Assembly: GCA_964016885.1 (NCBI GenBank)
Contig: OZ024743.1
Span: forward strand, 50,158,001 to 50,222,000
Direction of reading: 5' to 3'
DNA from: Eledone cirrhosa
Lineage: Eukaryota
Length of the DNA stretch: 64,000 nt
Shown here: piece by piece, positions 24,996 through 38,477 of the stretch
Position numbering within the stretch: position 1 is the first letter of the stretch
Layout of the letters: the number at the start of each line of letters is the position of its first letter
Notes under the pieces: generated by a model
Told to the model about the DNA's origin: nothing
Seen by the model: only the letters and a program-made list of their open reading frames with translations
Database searches by the model: none
Position numbers and translations under genes: made by a program

Positions 24996-27900
24996 CAGAG
25001 TGCCACTGGTAACATGTAAACCAGTACAACCTGTCGCATGGTCGGGTCGTCGGTGACTAAACTGGCAACTCCACCAAGTTTACTTGGTGAGGAGGGTGAT
25101 TTTGGACACCCTGCAGGACAAAAAAGAAAAACCTACAAAGAGCGGAAGAACTCATAAGAGTCAACGGCCATCCAAAAATGTGTAAATATGTATATAAAAA
25201 TGTACATATGTATGTGTATGTATATACGTGTGTATATGCCTGGGGTGTCAGGGAGGGGCATGTACCTCTGTAGGGGGGGGGGGGGAGCTAGCCATGCCCT
25301 TTTCAGGACAGCTCGTCCTGCATTGGGTCCCACCTAACACTCAGCTCTCACCTGTGGCTCCAAGAACCTGTAGCATGCGACATTAGCCACACTCTGGTAA
25401 ACCGCCTTGGCTGGTGGGCCGAACCAAGTTGAGGTTAGCCGGACTGGTCTGAAACCCCCCCGGTGAGTTACATAGGGGATGCCTGCCCCTGCATGCGAAG
25501 ACTGGACCCGACGGAGTGAGTGGAGGAGGACAACATCGTCCCAACGGTCACGGAGGCGGCGACAGCAAGCCGTGTGGAGCGCTAGGGCACGGCAAGGCAC
25601 TACAGACGTCGTGGCCATCCACTGCAGCCAAAGAAGTCCCTGGTCGTGACGGTCCTCCGTACCACCAGATTCTGGCTTCTGCGGCCGAGTGAGTGGGCCG
25701 TCATTGCACTGGCCCTCCCACTATAAACCTTTCCCGCACAGGTTTCTTCTTTAGCGTGCACTCCCAAAGCTCTGCGGCGATGGGCGAGAGGCGGAGGTAA
25801 CAGGTGGAGGTAACCTCTGGGAGTTGCCAGTCTCAAACCCGCACATGGGCGGCCCGGATGCACAAATCGTTCTCCTCCTGACCCTGGGATGACAGAGGAG
25901 ATCAGGCGTTCCACCGGGCAACTGAGCAACCCTTTTCATGGGAGCACTGCTCACCCTCGCACGAGGGAGAGGCGATAAAAGGAGCCCTAACTAAATGCTC
26001 GTCCCACACAAAGCTGGCCAGTCTACCGCGGCTGGCGATTTTACCCTTCCAAGCGGTCGAAACCAACATAATAGAAAGAAGAACTTGATTCTTGGCGCAT
26101 GGAATGTGCGCACCCTCATAGATAGGGTAACCTCCTTCAGGCCAGAGACAAGAACTGCCCTCATAGCGAGGGAATTAGCTTGCTACCGGATCGACATAGC
26201 CGCCCTCAACGAGACCAGACTCGCCGAAGAAGGATCAGTAGCAGAACCGAAAGGAGGCTACACCTTCTTCTGGAAGCGCAATGCAAAGGACGAGGACAGA
26301 ATCCACGGGGTAGGCCTGGCCATCAGGACTTCGCTCTGCAAGCAGCTACCAGACCTCCCAACACCTGTGAGTGAGCGGCTGATGAAGCTCCGCTTCCCCC
26401 ACGACTCATCTCGGCATGTCACAGTCACCAGCAGCGATGAAGCAAAGGACGCTTTCTACGGGGAACTCAACGCCCTCGTGAAGGGCGTCCCCCCAAGCGA
26501 TAAATTCATCCTACTGGGGGACTTCAATGCAAGAGTCGGGTCTGACAGCAGCAACTGGGGAAGCGTGCTGGGACCTCACGGCACAGGGAAGCTGAACTCT
26601 AACGGCCTCACACTATTGAGATTCTGCGCCGAGAACGACCTCACCATCACTAGCACACTGTTCCGCCAGGTAAAAAAGTTCAAGACGACATGGATGCAAC
26701 CCAGATCCAAACAGTGGCATCTGACTGACTTTGCCGTATGCCGCAGGAGGGACATTCGTGACGTCAGAATTACCAGGGCCATGCGTGGTGCAAAGTGTTG
26801 GACTGGCCATCGCCTTGTCAGGACCATCCTGTCACTGCACATCATCCCGACGCATCACAAGACTCCGAAAGTCTGTAGGCTAGCTTTCGACGCCGCACGA
26901 CTCAAGCAGCCAGAGCATCGTGATGCGTTCGCGGAAGACCTGGACGGCCGGCTGACTGCCCATGGACCACTGACCGGACCCCCAACTCAACAGTGGAACC
27001 AGTTCAGATCACTGGTGACAGAGTCAGTCAAGGCAACCATCGGGCCGAGGAAGAGAGTCCACCAGGACTGGTTTGATGAAAACAATGAGCGCATCAGACA
27101 ACTCCTGGACGAGAAGAGGTGAGGAGCCTTTCATTGAGTGGCATAATGACAGCTCCTCCACCTCGAAGCGCGACCACTTCAAGCACCTCCAGAGGCAGAC
27201 CCAAGAAGCGCTACGCAGAGTGCAGGACGAGTGGTGGGAAAGGAAGGCCGAACAAAAGGTCCCACAGAAGCCCGTAGTCGGCAGCCTCGACCCCCCCCCC
27301 CCCTCACGTTGGATGAAGTCACGAAGTCAATCAATCAGACCAGCTCAGGAAAGGCCCCTGGGAAGAACGGGATTCCTGCCGCAATCTTCAAGTCGGCCGG
27401 TCCAGCTGCCCTGGGGGCCTGCCACACCCTCCTCGTCAGCATATGGGAGGAAGAAGAGGTGCCCAAAGACTTCAGGGATGCCACAGTTGTCTCGTTTTTA
27501 AGAACAAAGGCACCAAAACTGACTGTGGCAACTATCGGGGCATTTCTCTCCTGTCCATCGCTGGGAAGGTCCTGGCTCGGGTCATGCTCAACCGCCTCAT
27601 CGCCAACATCTCGGAGGACAACCTGCCTGAGGCCCAGTGTGGGTTCCGCCTAAACCGCAGCACGATCGATATGATCTTCTCTGTACGCCAGGTGCAGGAG
27701 AAGTGTGTCGAGCAGAACATGGACCTCTTTGCCGTCTTCATAGACTTGACGAAGGCCTTCGACACTGTCAACAGGGAGGCCTTCTGGTCGATCCTGTCGA
27801 AGTTTGGATGCCCGACAAAGTTCGTGAACTTGATACGGCAATTCCATGACGACATGACCGGCCAGATGCGCTCGGGCGGAGAGGCATCGGAACCGTTCGG

Positions 27901-29092
27901 AATCACCAATGGCGTCAAGCAAGGATGCGTGCTGGCTCCCGTTCTCTTCAACCTCTTCTTCACCTGCGTGCTCAATCATGTCGTCAGGGACCTCGAGCAC
28001 GGAGTGTATCTGGGATACAGACAGGACGGCTCCCTGTTTGACCTGGGGCGCCTGATGGCTAAGACAAGGACCGCGCAGAGGATCGTCCTGGATGCACTTT
28101 TTGCTGACGACTGTGCCCTTATGGTCCACAGAGAGTCTGACCTCCAAGTCATTGTCAACAAGTTCGCGGAGGCCTCCTTTCTCTTCGGTCTCACAATTAG
28201 CCTTGGCAAGACTGAGGTCCTGTTCCAGCCTGCACCTGCCTCCGTCGCCCACTCTCCTTCCATCTCCATAGGAGGCACCCAGCTAAATACGGTGGACGAC
28301 TTCAAGTACCTCGGCAGTGTCATCAGCAGCGATGGAAGCCTTGACAAGGAGTTAAACGCCAGGATCTGCAAGGCCAGTCAAGCCCTTGGCCTCCTGAGGA
28401 CACGCGTCCTGAACCAGCACATCAGGCAGTCCACCAAGCTCAAGGTGTACAGGGCCGTTGTTCTCACCAGCCTCCTCTACGGATGTACCTACATGGACCT
28501 GTACAGAAGGCACCTGAAGCAGCTGGAACGGTTCCATATGTGCAGCCTGAGGTCAATCATGAACATCAAATGGCAGGACAAGGTCTCCAACCTCGAAGTT
28601 CTTGAAATGGCTGAGACAATCAGTGTCGAAACTATGATACTGAAGAGCCGACTTCGATGGGTGGGACATGTCATCCGGATGGACAATCACAGGCTTCCGA
28701 AGCAACTGATGTATGGGGAACTCTGTTCGGGAAAACGAAAGCAGGGCAAGTTTTTTAAATGGTTCAAAGACTGCGTGAAGTACAGCATCAACAACACTGG
28801 AATTGCCCCAAAACACCTCGAGTCCCATGCTCAGGACAGGACTGAGTGGCAAGCCCTTACCAGGCGCGCTAAAGACTCTTTTGAAGAGAAGAGACGGGCA
28901 GAGGTCACTGAGGCCCGTGAAAGGAGGAGAAAGGCATCAACAGCTGCCCCAAGCGACTCCGGTGTCTTCCCCTGCCCCCACTGTCTCCGGACCTGCAAAT
29001 CAAGGATCGGCCTCCACAGCCACCTTCGTGCCCACGGCAGACGGGAACTAAAATAAAGAAGATGTCATCATCGTTTACGATGGACAACCAAG
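24996..29092 (+). mobile_element. Near full-length RTE-clade LINE with target-site duplication
   Basis: TSD ACATCCTTACGG (24984-24995) / ACATGCTTACGG (29093-29104); ~1-kb 5' UTR; short 3' UTR with hairpin CATCGTTTACGATG and a CAA-type tail. Confidence 0.95.
25995..29056 (+). pseudogene. RTE ORF (APE + RT + C2H2 finger), frameshifted with an internal deletion near 27250
   Basis: GAWNVRTL, ALNETR, GDFNARVG, KAPGKNGIP, NYRGISLLS, DLTKAFDTV, GVKQGCVLAP, FADD, CPHCLRTCKSRIGLHSH. Confidence 0.95.
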
Positions 29093-29575
29093 ACATGCTT
29101 ACGGGGTCGATAAAATAAAGTATCAGTAATACACTGGAATAATTGCTGGCCTTGTGCCAAAAGTAGAAACAATTATTTCTTATACTTCTGTTGTTTTTGA
29201 GAATCGTATTTCTTCATTTGTTTTATTATGAATTAAATCCTGACCTTGTAAAGAAAGCTTATTTGTTGCGGTTGGTTAATCAAGCGCTTTGTTGTATGTT
29301 TCCATGGTCTGGTGGTTTTGTGAATAGGAATGATTGTTTCATTAGTGAAATGTTAAAACAGAAAATCTTGTTTTTCTACGATAGGTGGTCTGTTTATGTT
29401 TTATTTTAAGGTCTCTTAGTTGGGAATGTGTTTTCTTTTTAAGTGTATAAAACTATTTCCATATCAATCTAAGTGTGTATATGGATGTCTGTGTATAGTA
29501 TTTTGTCTATGTGGTTTGGGTTATCATAATAGCGTGTGTATGTGGGGGGGGGGGGGGAAGGGACATGTATCATAT

Positions 29576-29770
29576 ATAATTGTTTCTACTTTTGGCACAA
29601 GGCCAACATTTTACCCAGTGCATTACTGGTACTTTATTTTATCGACCCCGTAAGGATGAACGGCAAAGTTAACTTCGGTGGGATTTGAACTCAAAATGGA
29701 AAGGGCCGTAACTCTGTGCGTCAAAGCATGGCGTCCGACCCTCTACCGATACTGCCAATCCACCGCCCTT
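29576..29770 (-). mobile_element. tRNA-derived SINE
   Basis: Same head, B-box and central block as 1004-1190. Confidence 0.85.
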
Positions 29771-30634
29771 CTATCATATATAATAGAGTGTTATACGTCG
29801 TAGGGCAGGTAAAGTTGGTGGTATAAATAAAACCACATAAATACATAAATAAAAATACTTCTTCCCCTAACTCGTGGCGGAGTCGTAGGGGCGCTGTTCT
29901 GTCATACGGCATTTCTAGGGCATTAAAAAAGAAAACATGGCGGAGTCTCTCCAGGTCTGAATACAGCAAATTTCTTTCAGAGAAGGATAGACAAAGTGAA
30001 AGAATGGAAGTGAAAAAGAGATTTAGAGTAAGAATCTACCAGTACTAGACTGGTACTGTTGTTTTTATCGACCTCAAATGGATGAAAGGCAAAATTTACC
30101 TCGGCGGGATTTGAGAGAAGAGAGCCGAAATGAATACCGCAAGACATTCTATCTGATGTTCTAACGACAAATTTGCCACTTTTTAGTATCAATTACGACA
30201 TTTAAAAAGTCAAAATAAATATATAATAAATAAATTAATTAATTCACTACGGCAGCATTTGGCTTAACAATTCATAGCTTTACTCACACTTAACAGTAAA
30301 AATACAGTATTAAGGAAAACAACGATTTGAGATAAGGGAAAGAAGAAATACCAGAAAAATATAGTAGAATACTCTCACTGTTGGTTTGGTTTTCGCTTGA
30401 TTGACCAACAGTTAAAATATCGGCGGGAGCAGGGGGTGCGTGTGGCTCTGAGGATCGCCAACCAGCGTGAAACAGACTGTTAGCTTCTCTCCCTTCTTTC
30501 GCCGAAAAGAAGTAAGTGACATAGTCACTACTTTAAAACCGATAACGTATGGTCTTCTAAATGTTTTTAATGAAACATACGGTATATTGGCAAATATACT
30601 ATACGTACATTCATATATATATAGAGAAAGATTC

Positions 30635-30671
30635 TCAGAGTTCTTTTGTCACACAGTGACATCATCAGTGA
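30635..30671 (-). ncRNA. Degenerate minimal hammerhead motif
   Basis: tca-CTGATGA-t-gtcac-tgt-gtgac-AAAA-gaac-TC-tga; GAAA is changed to AAAA. Confidence 0.6.
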
Positions 30672-31099
30672 TGTTTCTATGTTTCCTCCCTATATTTATG
30701 TCTATATTTTAACTGCTGGTTAATCAATGATAAACATTGATTGCCAACTAAATTATTTATAGAAATATAAAAATATACTGAAGCGATAACCAAACCAAAC
30801 AGTGAGTGTATTTTGCTATATTTTTCTGAAAAGAAGAAATGAAATTTAAAAAAAGGAATCTTTATTTTTATATGTGTGTGTTTGTGTGTATATATATTTG
30901 TACATGTGTGTGTGCTTGTGTGTGGTAGTACATATATATTTTTGTGTGTACGCATCCCTGTGGCGTTATTTTGCCTCTATCTTTTTCATTGTTCTGTTTG
31001 TTGGTGCAGCTCACATCTATACCGGTTTAGCTGGCCTCCTCCAAGGTATATCTCGCTGGAGGTAATTTAATGAGAGGGATCCCAGTCCCTATCATCTCA

Positions 31100-31237
31100 T
31101 TTCTACGGCTGAGTAAACTGGAGCAACGTGAAATAAAGTGTCTTGCTCAAGGAAACAACACATCACCCGGTCCGAGAATTGAACTCACAACCATTCGATT
31201 GCAAGCCCAATGCTCTAACCACTAAGCCATGCGCCTT
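31100..31237 (-). mobile_element. tRNA-derived SINE, second family
   Basis: Minus strand AGGCGCATGGCTTAGTGGTTAGAGCATT (A box) ... GAGTTCAATTC (B box) ... TCCTTGAGCAAGACACTTTATTTCACGTTGCTCCAG. Confidence 0.85.
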
Positions 31238-31407
31238 TACTTTCATTGTTTTACCAGCCACACTATGGTTACTCTATCTTCTGCATATATGATAATTACC
31301 TCTGTCTCATGTCTCACCCTTTTACTCTCTCACCCACTCTCTCCTTATTTGGTCAAACGTCACATTGCTTGAAAATACAAATACATCGGGTACCCTCCCT
31401 CCCCCCC

Positions 31408-32853
<1,446 letters not shown>

Positions 32854-32929
32854 ATAACGAAGGAAACAGGTGGACCGTAACTCACCAGAGTACTCGATTA
32901 CTCGATACTTTGAGTGGTAGAGTTGTTAA

Positions 32930-33060
32930 TAGGAAAAGAGTCAGAACCCCGAAGGCAGGGTTCAAGATGTTTCGACAGCTATTTCTGGACGCTATTTAAG
33001 TCCAGAAATAGCTGTCGAAACGGCTTAAGCTCTGCCGTCGGGGTTCTGACTCTTTTCCTA
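32930..33060. repeat. Imperfect ~130-bp palindrome containing a GAAAC half-HHR
   Basis: TAGGAAAAGAGTCAGAACCCCGA...GTTTCGACAGCTATTTCTGGAC / GTCCAGAAATAGCTGTCGAAAC...TCGGGGTTCTGACTCTTTTCCTA. Confidence 0.8.
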
Positions 33061-33114
<54 letters not shown>

Positions 33115-33159
33115 GAAAGTAAAACAAAGAAGCCTTCAATACATCAAAAGTCTTTATTA

Positions 33160-33197
33160 GCCGACAATGTTTCGTCCTATTAAGGACTCATCAGGGC
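33160..33197 (-). ncRNA. Minimal type I hammerhead in inverted pLTR
   Basis: gcc-CTGATGA-gtcct-taat-aggac-GAAA-cattg-TC-ggc. Intact core, GUC triplet. Confidence 0.9.
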
Positions 33198-33246
33198 AAT
33201 TAAAACAACAAGAAGTATTATCGGCCAATACAAGCCGGAAACTCAG

Positions 33247-35487
33247 GAGCTACATAGAAATTATAAAAAAACTACGCTTGAGAATTTGAACCACATCAAT
33301 AGTGAGGGTCTTAGAATTGTCTCTGACCTCAGCCTCGATAAGTATACCCAGCCATATTACCCTCGAGAACCGAGATTCACTCTTAAGGATCATAAGGTTG
33401 ATTTTATTAGTAACCCCTCTGTTAGACTCATCTGTCCTTCTAAGTCCGATATAGCCATTATCAGTAAAAAAATCCTTGACCTTATTATACCAGATGTTAG
33501 GGATAAAGTTAATTTTTACCTATGGGGGAACACTAAGGAAGTTATAGATTGGTTCTCTGGGATTAATAGACTTGAATCTAATAAGTTTATCCAATTCGAT
33601 ATTGATGCCTACTACACATCAATTTCACCCATCCTCCTAAATAAAGCTTTAATGTTGGCCATGAGAGTGTCCAGCCTTACACGATCACAGGTAGATATTA
33701 TACTAGCAGCCCGTAGAACTATTATTAAATTTGAGGACACTTTTTGGACCCGTAAAAACACGCCCAATAATTTCGACGTTACAATGGGTTCGAGTGATTC
33801 GGCCCAGGTTACTGATCTTGTTGGGTTGTTCCTCCTTAATGAACTATATGCTACCTTCCCGCACCTTATAGGCGGACTATATCGTGATGATGCATTGTTT
33901 GTAATTAACTCTAGCACCAACAATGTCGAGCATAATAAGAAGAAGCTTTATAAGTTTTTTAAAAGCTATAACCTTTCGATCACGATAGATAGAAATGATA
34001 GAGCGGTTAACTTTTTAGATGTGACTTTGGACTTGATCACTAATAGTTTTAAACCCTTCCATAAGCCTAATGAAATACTTTCTTATGTTAGTCCCAATTC
34101 TAACCACCCCAAATCTATGATAAGCTCTATAATTAAGGGTGTATCTAATAGGATTTCCACACTCTCTAAGGACGTAGGAACATTTAATGAACATGCGGAG
34201 TACTATAATAATGCCCTAGCATATTCCGGTTACTCTAGTAAAATACATTATAATAATAGTAACCTTAGAAAGTCTCCGCTTACTTTTAATAATAATAACA
34301 TATCACATAACATGGCCATGAATGGGAGTAGGAAACATAATAACCGTAAAAATTATATAGGTGTATCTGAACCCATCCATAAGTTAATCCACGGGACTCG
34401 TAATAGTGAATATAATACCTCTAGGAAACAAGTCGAACCCTCTGAGCGCTCACTCATTGGTGATAATTTTGCTGGATCTTATTCTAATAATGTTGCTTTT
34501 ACTGATCCTATCATTGGCCCTAATCCTTTTGATGGGATTCCGGACAGCAGCAGATCTACCGGAGGTAGAAACGGTAATAGACTTAATGAAATTTTGGCTG
34601 ATTCTAACAATGCGGTTTTAACTAATCCTTGTAGTAACCCTAGTCTCGATGGTGGAATATTTGATAATGGTAGAGTCGGTAAGAATAAAAATAGAAGGCG
34701 ATTAAATACTTATTTTAACCCGTCATATAATCAGGAAGTATTAACTAATATCCCTAGGTCTTTCTTTTCTATCTTAGAGAAAAATTTCCCCCCTTCTCAT
34801 AAATACCATAGTATTTTTAATAAAAATGTTATTAAACTTTCATTCTCTACCACCCCTAATATTAGTTCTCATTTAGCTAGCACTAATAATAGGAAAATTA
34901 GGGATGGATTCTCCTCTCTACATACTACTAGTCTGAATAGATCTGGAAATGCATTACCACCAGAACAGACCTTATCTAATAGCAATCCTACGTGTAATGC
35001 ATCACCACTTGAGCCAACCAATAACACTCGGAAGTGCAACTGTAGAGTGAGTGCTAACTGCCCTTTAAACGGTAACTGCCTTTCTAAGAACATTGTCTAT
35101 GCTTGCGTAGTTATAACTAATTCTTCTAATAGAACTTATATAGGCTCTACATCTAACACTTTTAAGACTAGGTTTAACTCTCATATCTCTAATTTCAAAC
35201 ATGTTAAGTTTAAGAATTCTACTTCTTTAGCACATTATATCTGGGATCTTAAGGGGGCTAATATACCATATAGCCTTAACTGGCGTTTAGTAGCACGCTC
35301 TAATCACCTTTCTACACATACTAAATTTTGTAATCTCTGTATCCTCGAGACACACTCTATAATTTTCTCTAGCGAATCCTTACTTAATAGAAAGTCTGAG
35401 ATATTCTCTTCTTGTCCCCACGCTATTTCTAATTCATACTTTTATTATAAACCTAAACGTTCTAGTAGTACAAATTGTATCCATTAG
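33247..35487 (+). CDS. PLE reverse transcriptase + GIY-YIG endonuclease (open frame, N-terminus truncated)
   Basis: FTLKDHK, RLICPSKS, FIQFDIDAYYTSI, FDVTMGS, LYRDD, VNFLDV, SNHP, CNCRVSANCPLNGNC, IVY..TYIGST, CNLC, LNRKSEIFSSCPH. Confidence 0.92.
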   Translation, partial: ELHRNYKKTTLENLNHINSEGLRIVSDLSLDKYTQPYYPREPRFTLKDHKVDFISNPSVRLICPSKSDIAIISKKILDLIIPDVRDKVNFYLWGNTKEVIDWFSGINRLESNKFIQFDIDAYYTSISPILLNKALMLAMRVSSLTRSQVDIILAARRTIIKFEDTFWTRKNTPNNFDVTMGSSDSAQVTDLVGLFLLNELYATFPHLIGGLYRDDALFVINSSTNNVEHNKKKLYKFFKSYNLSITIDRNDRAVNFLDVTLDLITNSFKPFHKPNEILSYVSPNSNHPKSMISSIIKGVSNRISTLSKDVGTFNEHAEYYNNALAYSGYSSKIHYNNSNLRKSPLTFNNNNISHNMAMNGSRKHNNRKNYIGVSEPIHKLIHGTRNSEYNTSRKQVEPSERSLIGDNFAGSYSNNVAFTDPIIGPNPFDGIPDSSRSTGGRNGNRLNEILADSNNAVLTNPCSNPSLDGGIFDNGRVGKNKNRRRLNTYFNPSYNQEVLTNIPRSFFSILEKNFPPSHKYHSIFNKNVIKLSFSTTPNISSHLASTNNRKIRDGFSSLHTTSLNRSGNALPPEQTLSNSNPTCNASPLEPTNNTRKCNCRVSANCPLNGNCLSKNIVYACVVITNSSNRTYIGSTSNTFKTRFNSHISNFKHVKFKNSTSLAHYIWDLKGANIPYSLNWRLVARSNHLSTHTKFCNLCILETHSIIFSSESLLNRKSEIFSSCPHAISNSYFYYKPKRSSSTNCIH

Positions 35488-37282
35488 CTGATATATTCCA
35501 TTACTTATTTTTTAGTTTAGGTTCTTTTGTTTACCACCATTATTATCATCATTATTATCATTGGTTTTTGACGACTCTTTATTCTAGCTCTCACAATCTT
35601 TTGGCTACTATACCATATCTATCTTCTTACGCATTAAATTTTCACTATTAACACCTTATGAATATATATCTGATTATATATTTTACATTATTTTATTTCA
35701 TTTCATTTTATTTTATTTTATTTTATTTCATTTTATTTTATTTTATTTTTATTTTTATTCGGATTCTTCTTTGGATAACCCCCCCCCCCTCATGCGCACA
35801 TAAACTTATTGTCAACCCCCCCAAATAGACTATGATTATATTTAATCCCCCCCCCTCTCTTTTACGCTCCTTTCTATTATTTAATATAGTATATTGACCA
35901 TGATTTTATGCCCCTTTGTGTCCTCCATATATTTCTTCATTTCTGTCCCTATTAGCCTACCATAATTCTGCTTAAGTCAGTTTTTTAGATATCGTTATGT
36001 ATATGATAGTAAAAAATTTCATTCCTTTTTGTAAACATTTGTAACGAAATATTAACGTTTATAAACTTTAATTACTTAAACTATAGCTAATATTATATTG
36101 CCTTATTAGATATTTAAAATATTTTTAATATTAATTTATCAAATAGGGTTTTCGAGTCATTTACCGGGGTTATTTCCTTAGTTTTTACTTAACTGCATGT
36201 GAGACCTAAATGTATACGTTTGTTTTTGTTTTTTAATTTCCGGTTGATTCTATTTATTTATTTTATTCTATATTTTATATTTTATTTGTAATACTATTGT
36301 GCATTATATTTACTGGCTGGCCCTTACTCACTCATCCACATACATGTCTGTTTACCAACCTTGTAATTATAAGTAATTATATATTATATTATGTTAATTA
36401 TTTTATATAATATATTATATTATATTGTATTTGTTATTGTAATATCGATCCTTATTACTTACCGTTAATTATATGTAACATTATGATATGTTAAACTTTA
36501 TATATCATGTAAGATGTTTATATTTTTTTGTACCATCATAATTTTTGGGTATTGTACAATTTATTTTTCCTCACCTACTCTGTAACTCTATATGAATTGA
36601 TTTGTTAACTTGAATGCCATTATATATTGTATATTATAAATGTTAGTATATTATTATTATAGTATTATTGTGACATCTATATTGTTTGTGTAAATTAACC
36701 GGAGATTACCTATTCTATTATATTATATAGTATATAATTGTATAGTTTATTATTTATTATATGTGCTACTTATAATAATATCATATTATTACCTCATGTA
36801 TATTGGGTATATGTATTATTATTATTATTATTATTATTATTTTCATTCCTATCATGCTTATTTTTATATTTAAACTCTTAATAAGGTTTAATTTGTGCAG
36901 TTGAAGATGGATATGTGTATTGATGTATGTGTATGTGTGCGTACGTGTGCGTACATATATACATATGTATATTGTACCTTTTAATTTTTATTGTAATTTT
37001 AATATTGGTAAAGGTATATTATATTATATTACATTGTATTATATATAATTCCTGCTCTATATAACCACCCTTGTTTAGCTCTAGGGTTTTTTTTGCTTTG
37101 GACTATATTTGTAATATGGTTCTTAATGTTATACACCTCCTTAGTAATTTTTATTATACATTTTTATTATTTTTATTATATATTTTTACCCATAATCTTG
37201 CAATACTTTAGTGTATGTACACTCCATATTCTTCGGAGTTTCCGGCTTGTATTGGCCGATAATACTTCTTGTTGTTTTAATT

Positions 37283-37320
37283 GCCCTGGTGAGTCCTTAA
37301 TAGGACGAAACATTGTCGGC
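37283..37320 (+). ncRNA. Minimal type I hammerhead in 3' pLTR (core variant CTGGTGA)
   Basis: gcc-CTGGTGA-gtcct-taat-aggac-GAAA-cattg-TC-ggc. Confidence 0.85.
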
Positions 37321-37467
37321 TAATAAAGACTTTTGATGTATTGAAGGCTTCTTTGTTTTACTTTCTTAATTCTTCGGCTCTGTTTAACTACATTGAGCTA
37401 TACCTTTTACTGTCATTTCTATAATACGAAGAGGGTGTTTAACTCCAACACGCTCCAGTATTTTAAC

Positions 37468-37533
<66 letters not shown>

Positions 37534-37539
<6 letters not shown>

Positions 37540-37775
37540 ATGCTTTGGGAGGGTGATGCTGACTGTAAAAGCACATGCACCTGTTGGGTTTCACTTCAAA
37601 CTATTATAATAATTTCCCAGTCGGTTAGTTTAATAATCGGGTGCTTATTTAGTTGTTGATTGTCAAGGTACTTTCGTCGCACATTCTGTGACCTCCACAG
37701 TTACTACTACTGTTATGACTGTGTCTCTCCGTTGTTCTGTCTTACACCATCTTGCTTCTTGTGAGCTGTAACAAA
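37534..37775 (-). mobile_element. PLE pLTR fragment with degenerate HHR (~37662-37705)
   Basis: TATTGTTATGCTTTGGGAGGGT as at 12092; minus strand CTGTGGA-ggtcacagaatgtgcgac-GAAA-gtac. Confidence 0.7.
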
Positions 37776-38275
37776 TACAAACACGATATATATATATGAA
37801 AAATAAGCTGAGAATGCAATTGTGGTTTTTAAGATTTATTTACAATAACTTAACAATTCTATGACTTGAATTGCATTTTCAAATTTATTTCTTATATATT
37901 TAGCCGTGTGTGATATAAAAAAAAACCTTACTTTCAAGTATATATATATATATATACTTTCATATATATATATGATATATACATATTCCTGTTATTTCTG
38001 ATAGCAGACGTTTCGTTAAATGCACTGAAAGATATTTAGTTGTGCTAAAAGTGTTGAAATGATCCTACCTGTAGTCTAAGGATGTCGACATGGGTGTGGT
38101 AGTCAATACCACATGTGGTGGTTGATATCTGTCAACAGATGGAATCGGTGGTTTCAACGTATATGTGTGTGTGTGTGTGTGAGTGTGTGTGTGTGTTTGT
38201 GTGTGTGTGTATCCGTCTGTTGTCTGCGTGAATGCGTGTAAGTATGTATGCACGTATGTATGTATGGATATAAAT

Positions 38276-38349
<74 letters not shown>

Positions 38350-38477
38350 ATGTGTCTATGTGTGTATGTATGTTTGTGTCCGTCTGTGTGTGTGAGTGTC
38401 TGTGTGTGTGTGTCCGTCTGTGTATGTATGTGTGTCCGTCTGTGTGTGTGTCTGTGTGTATGTGTAAAATAATAATA

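Larger units (their letters stand above)
33110..37471 (+). mobile_element. Penelope-like element (Naiad-type), 5'-truncated, with inverted pseudo-LTR
   Basis: 33110-33244 is the inverse of 37236-37370. Contains an RT + GIY-YIG ORF, a ~1.8-kb AT-rich 3' region and an HHR in each pLTR copy; (TA)n on both sides. Confidence 0.93.
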
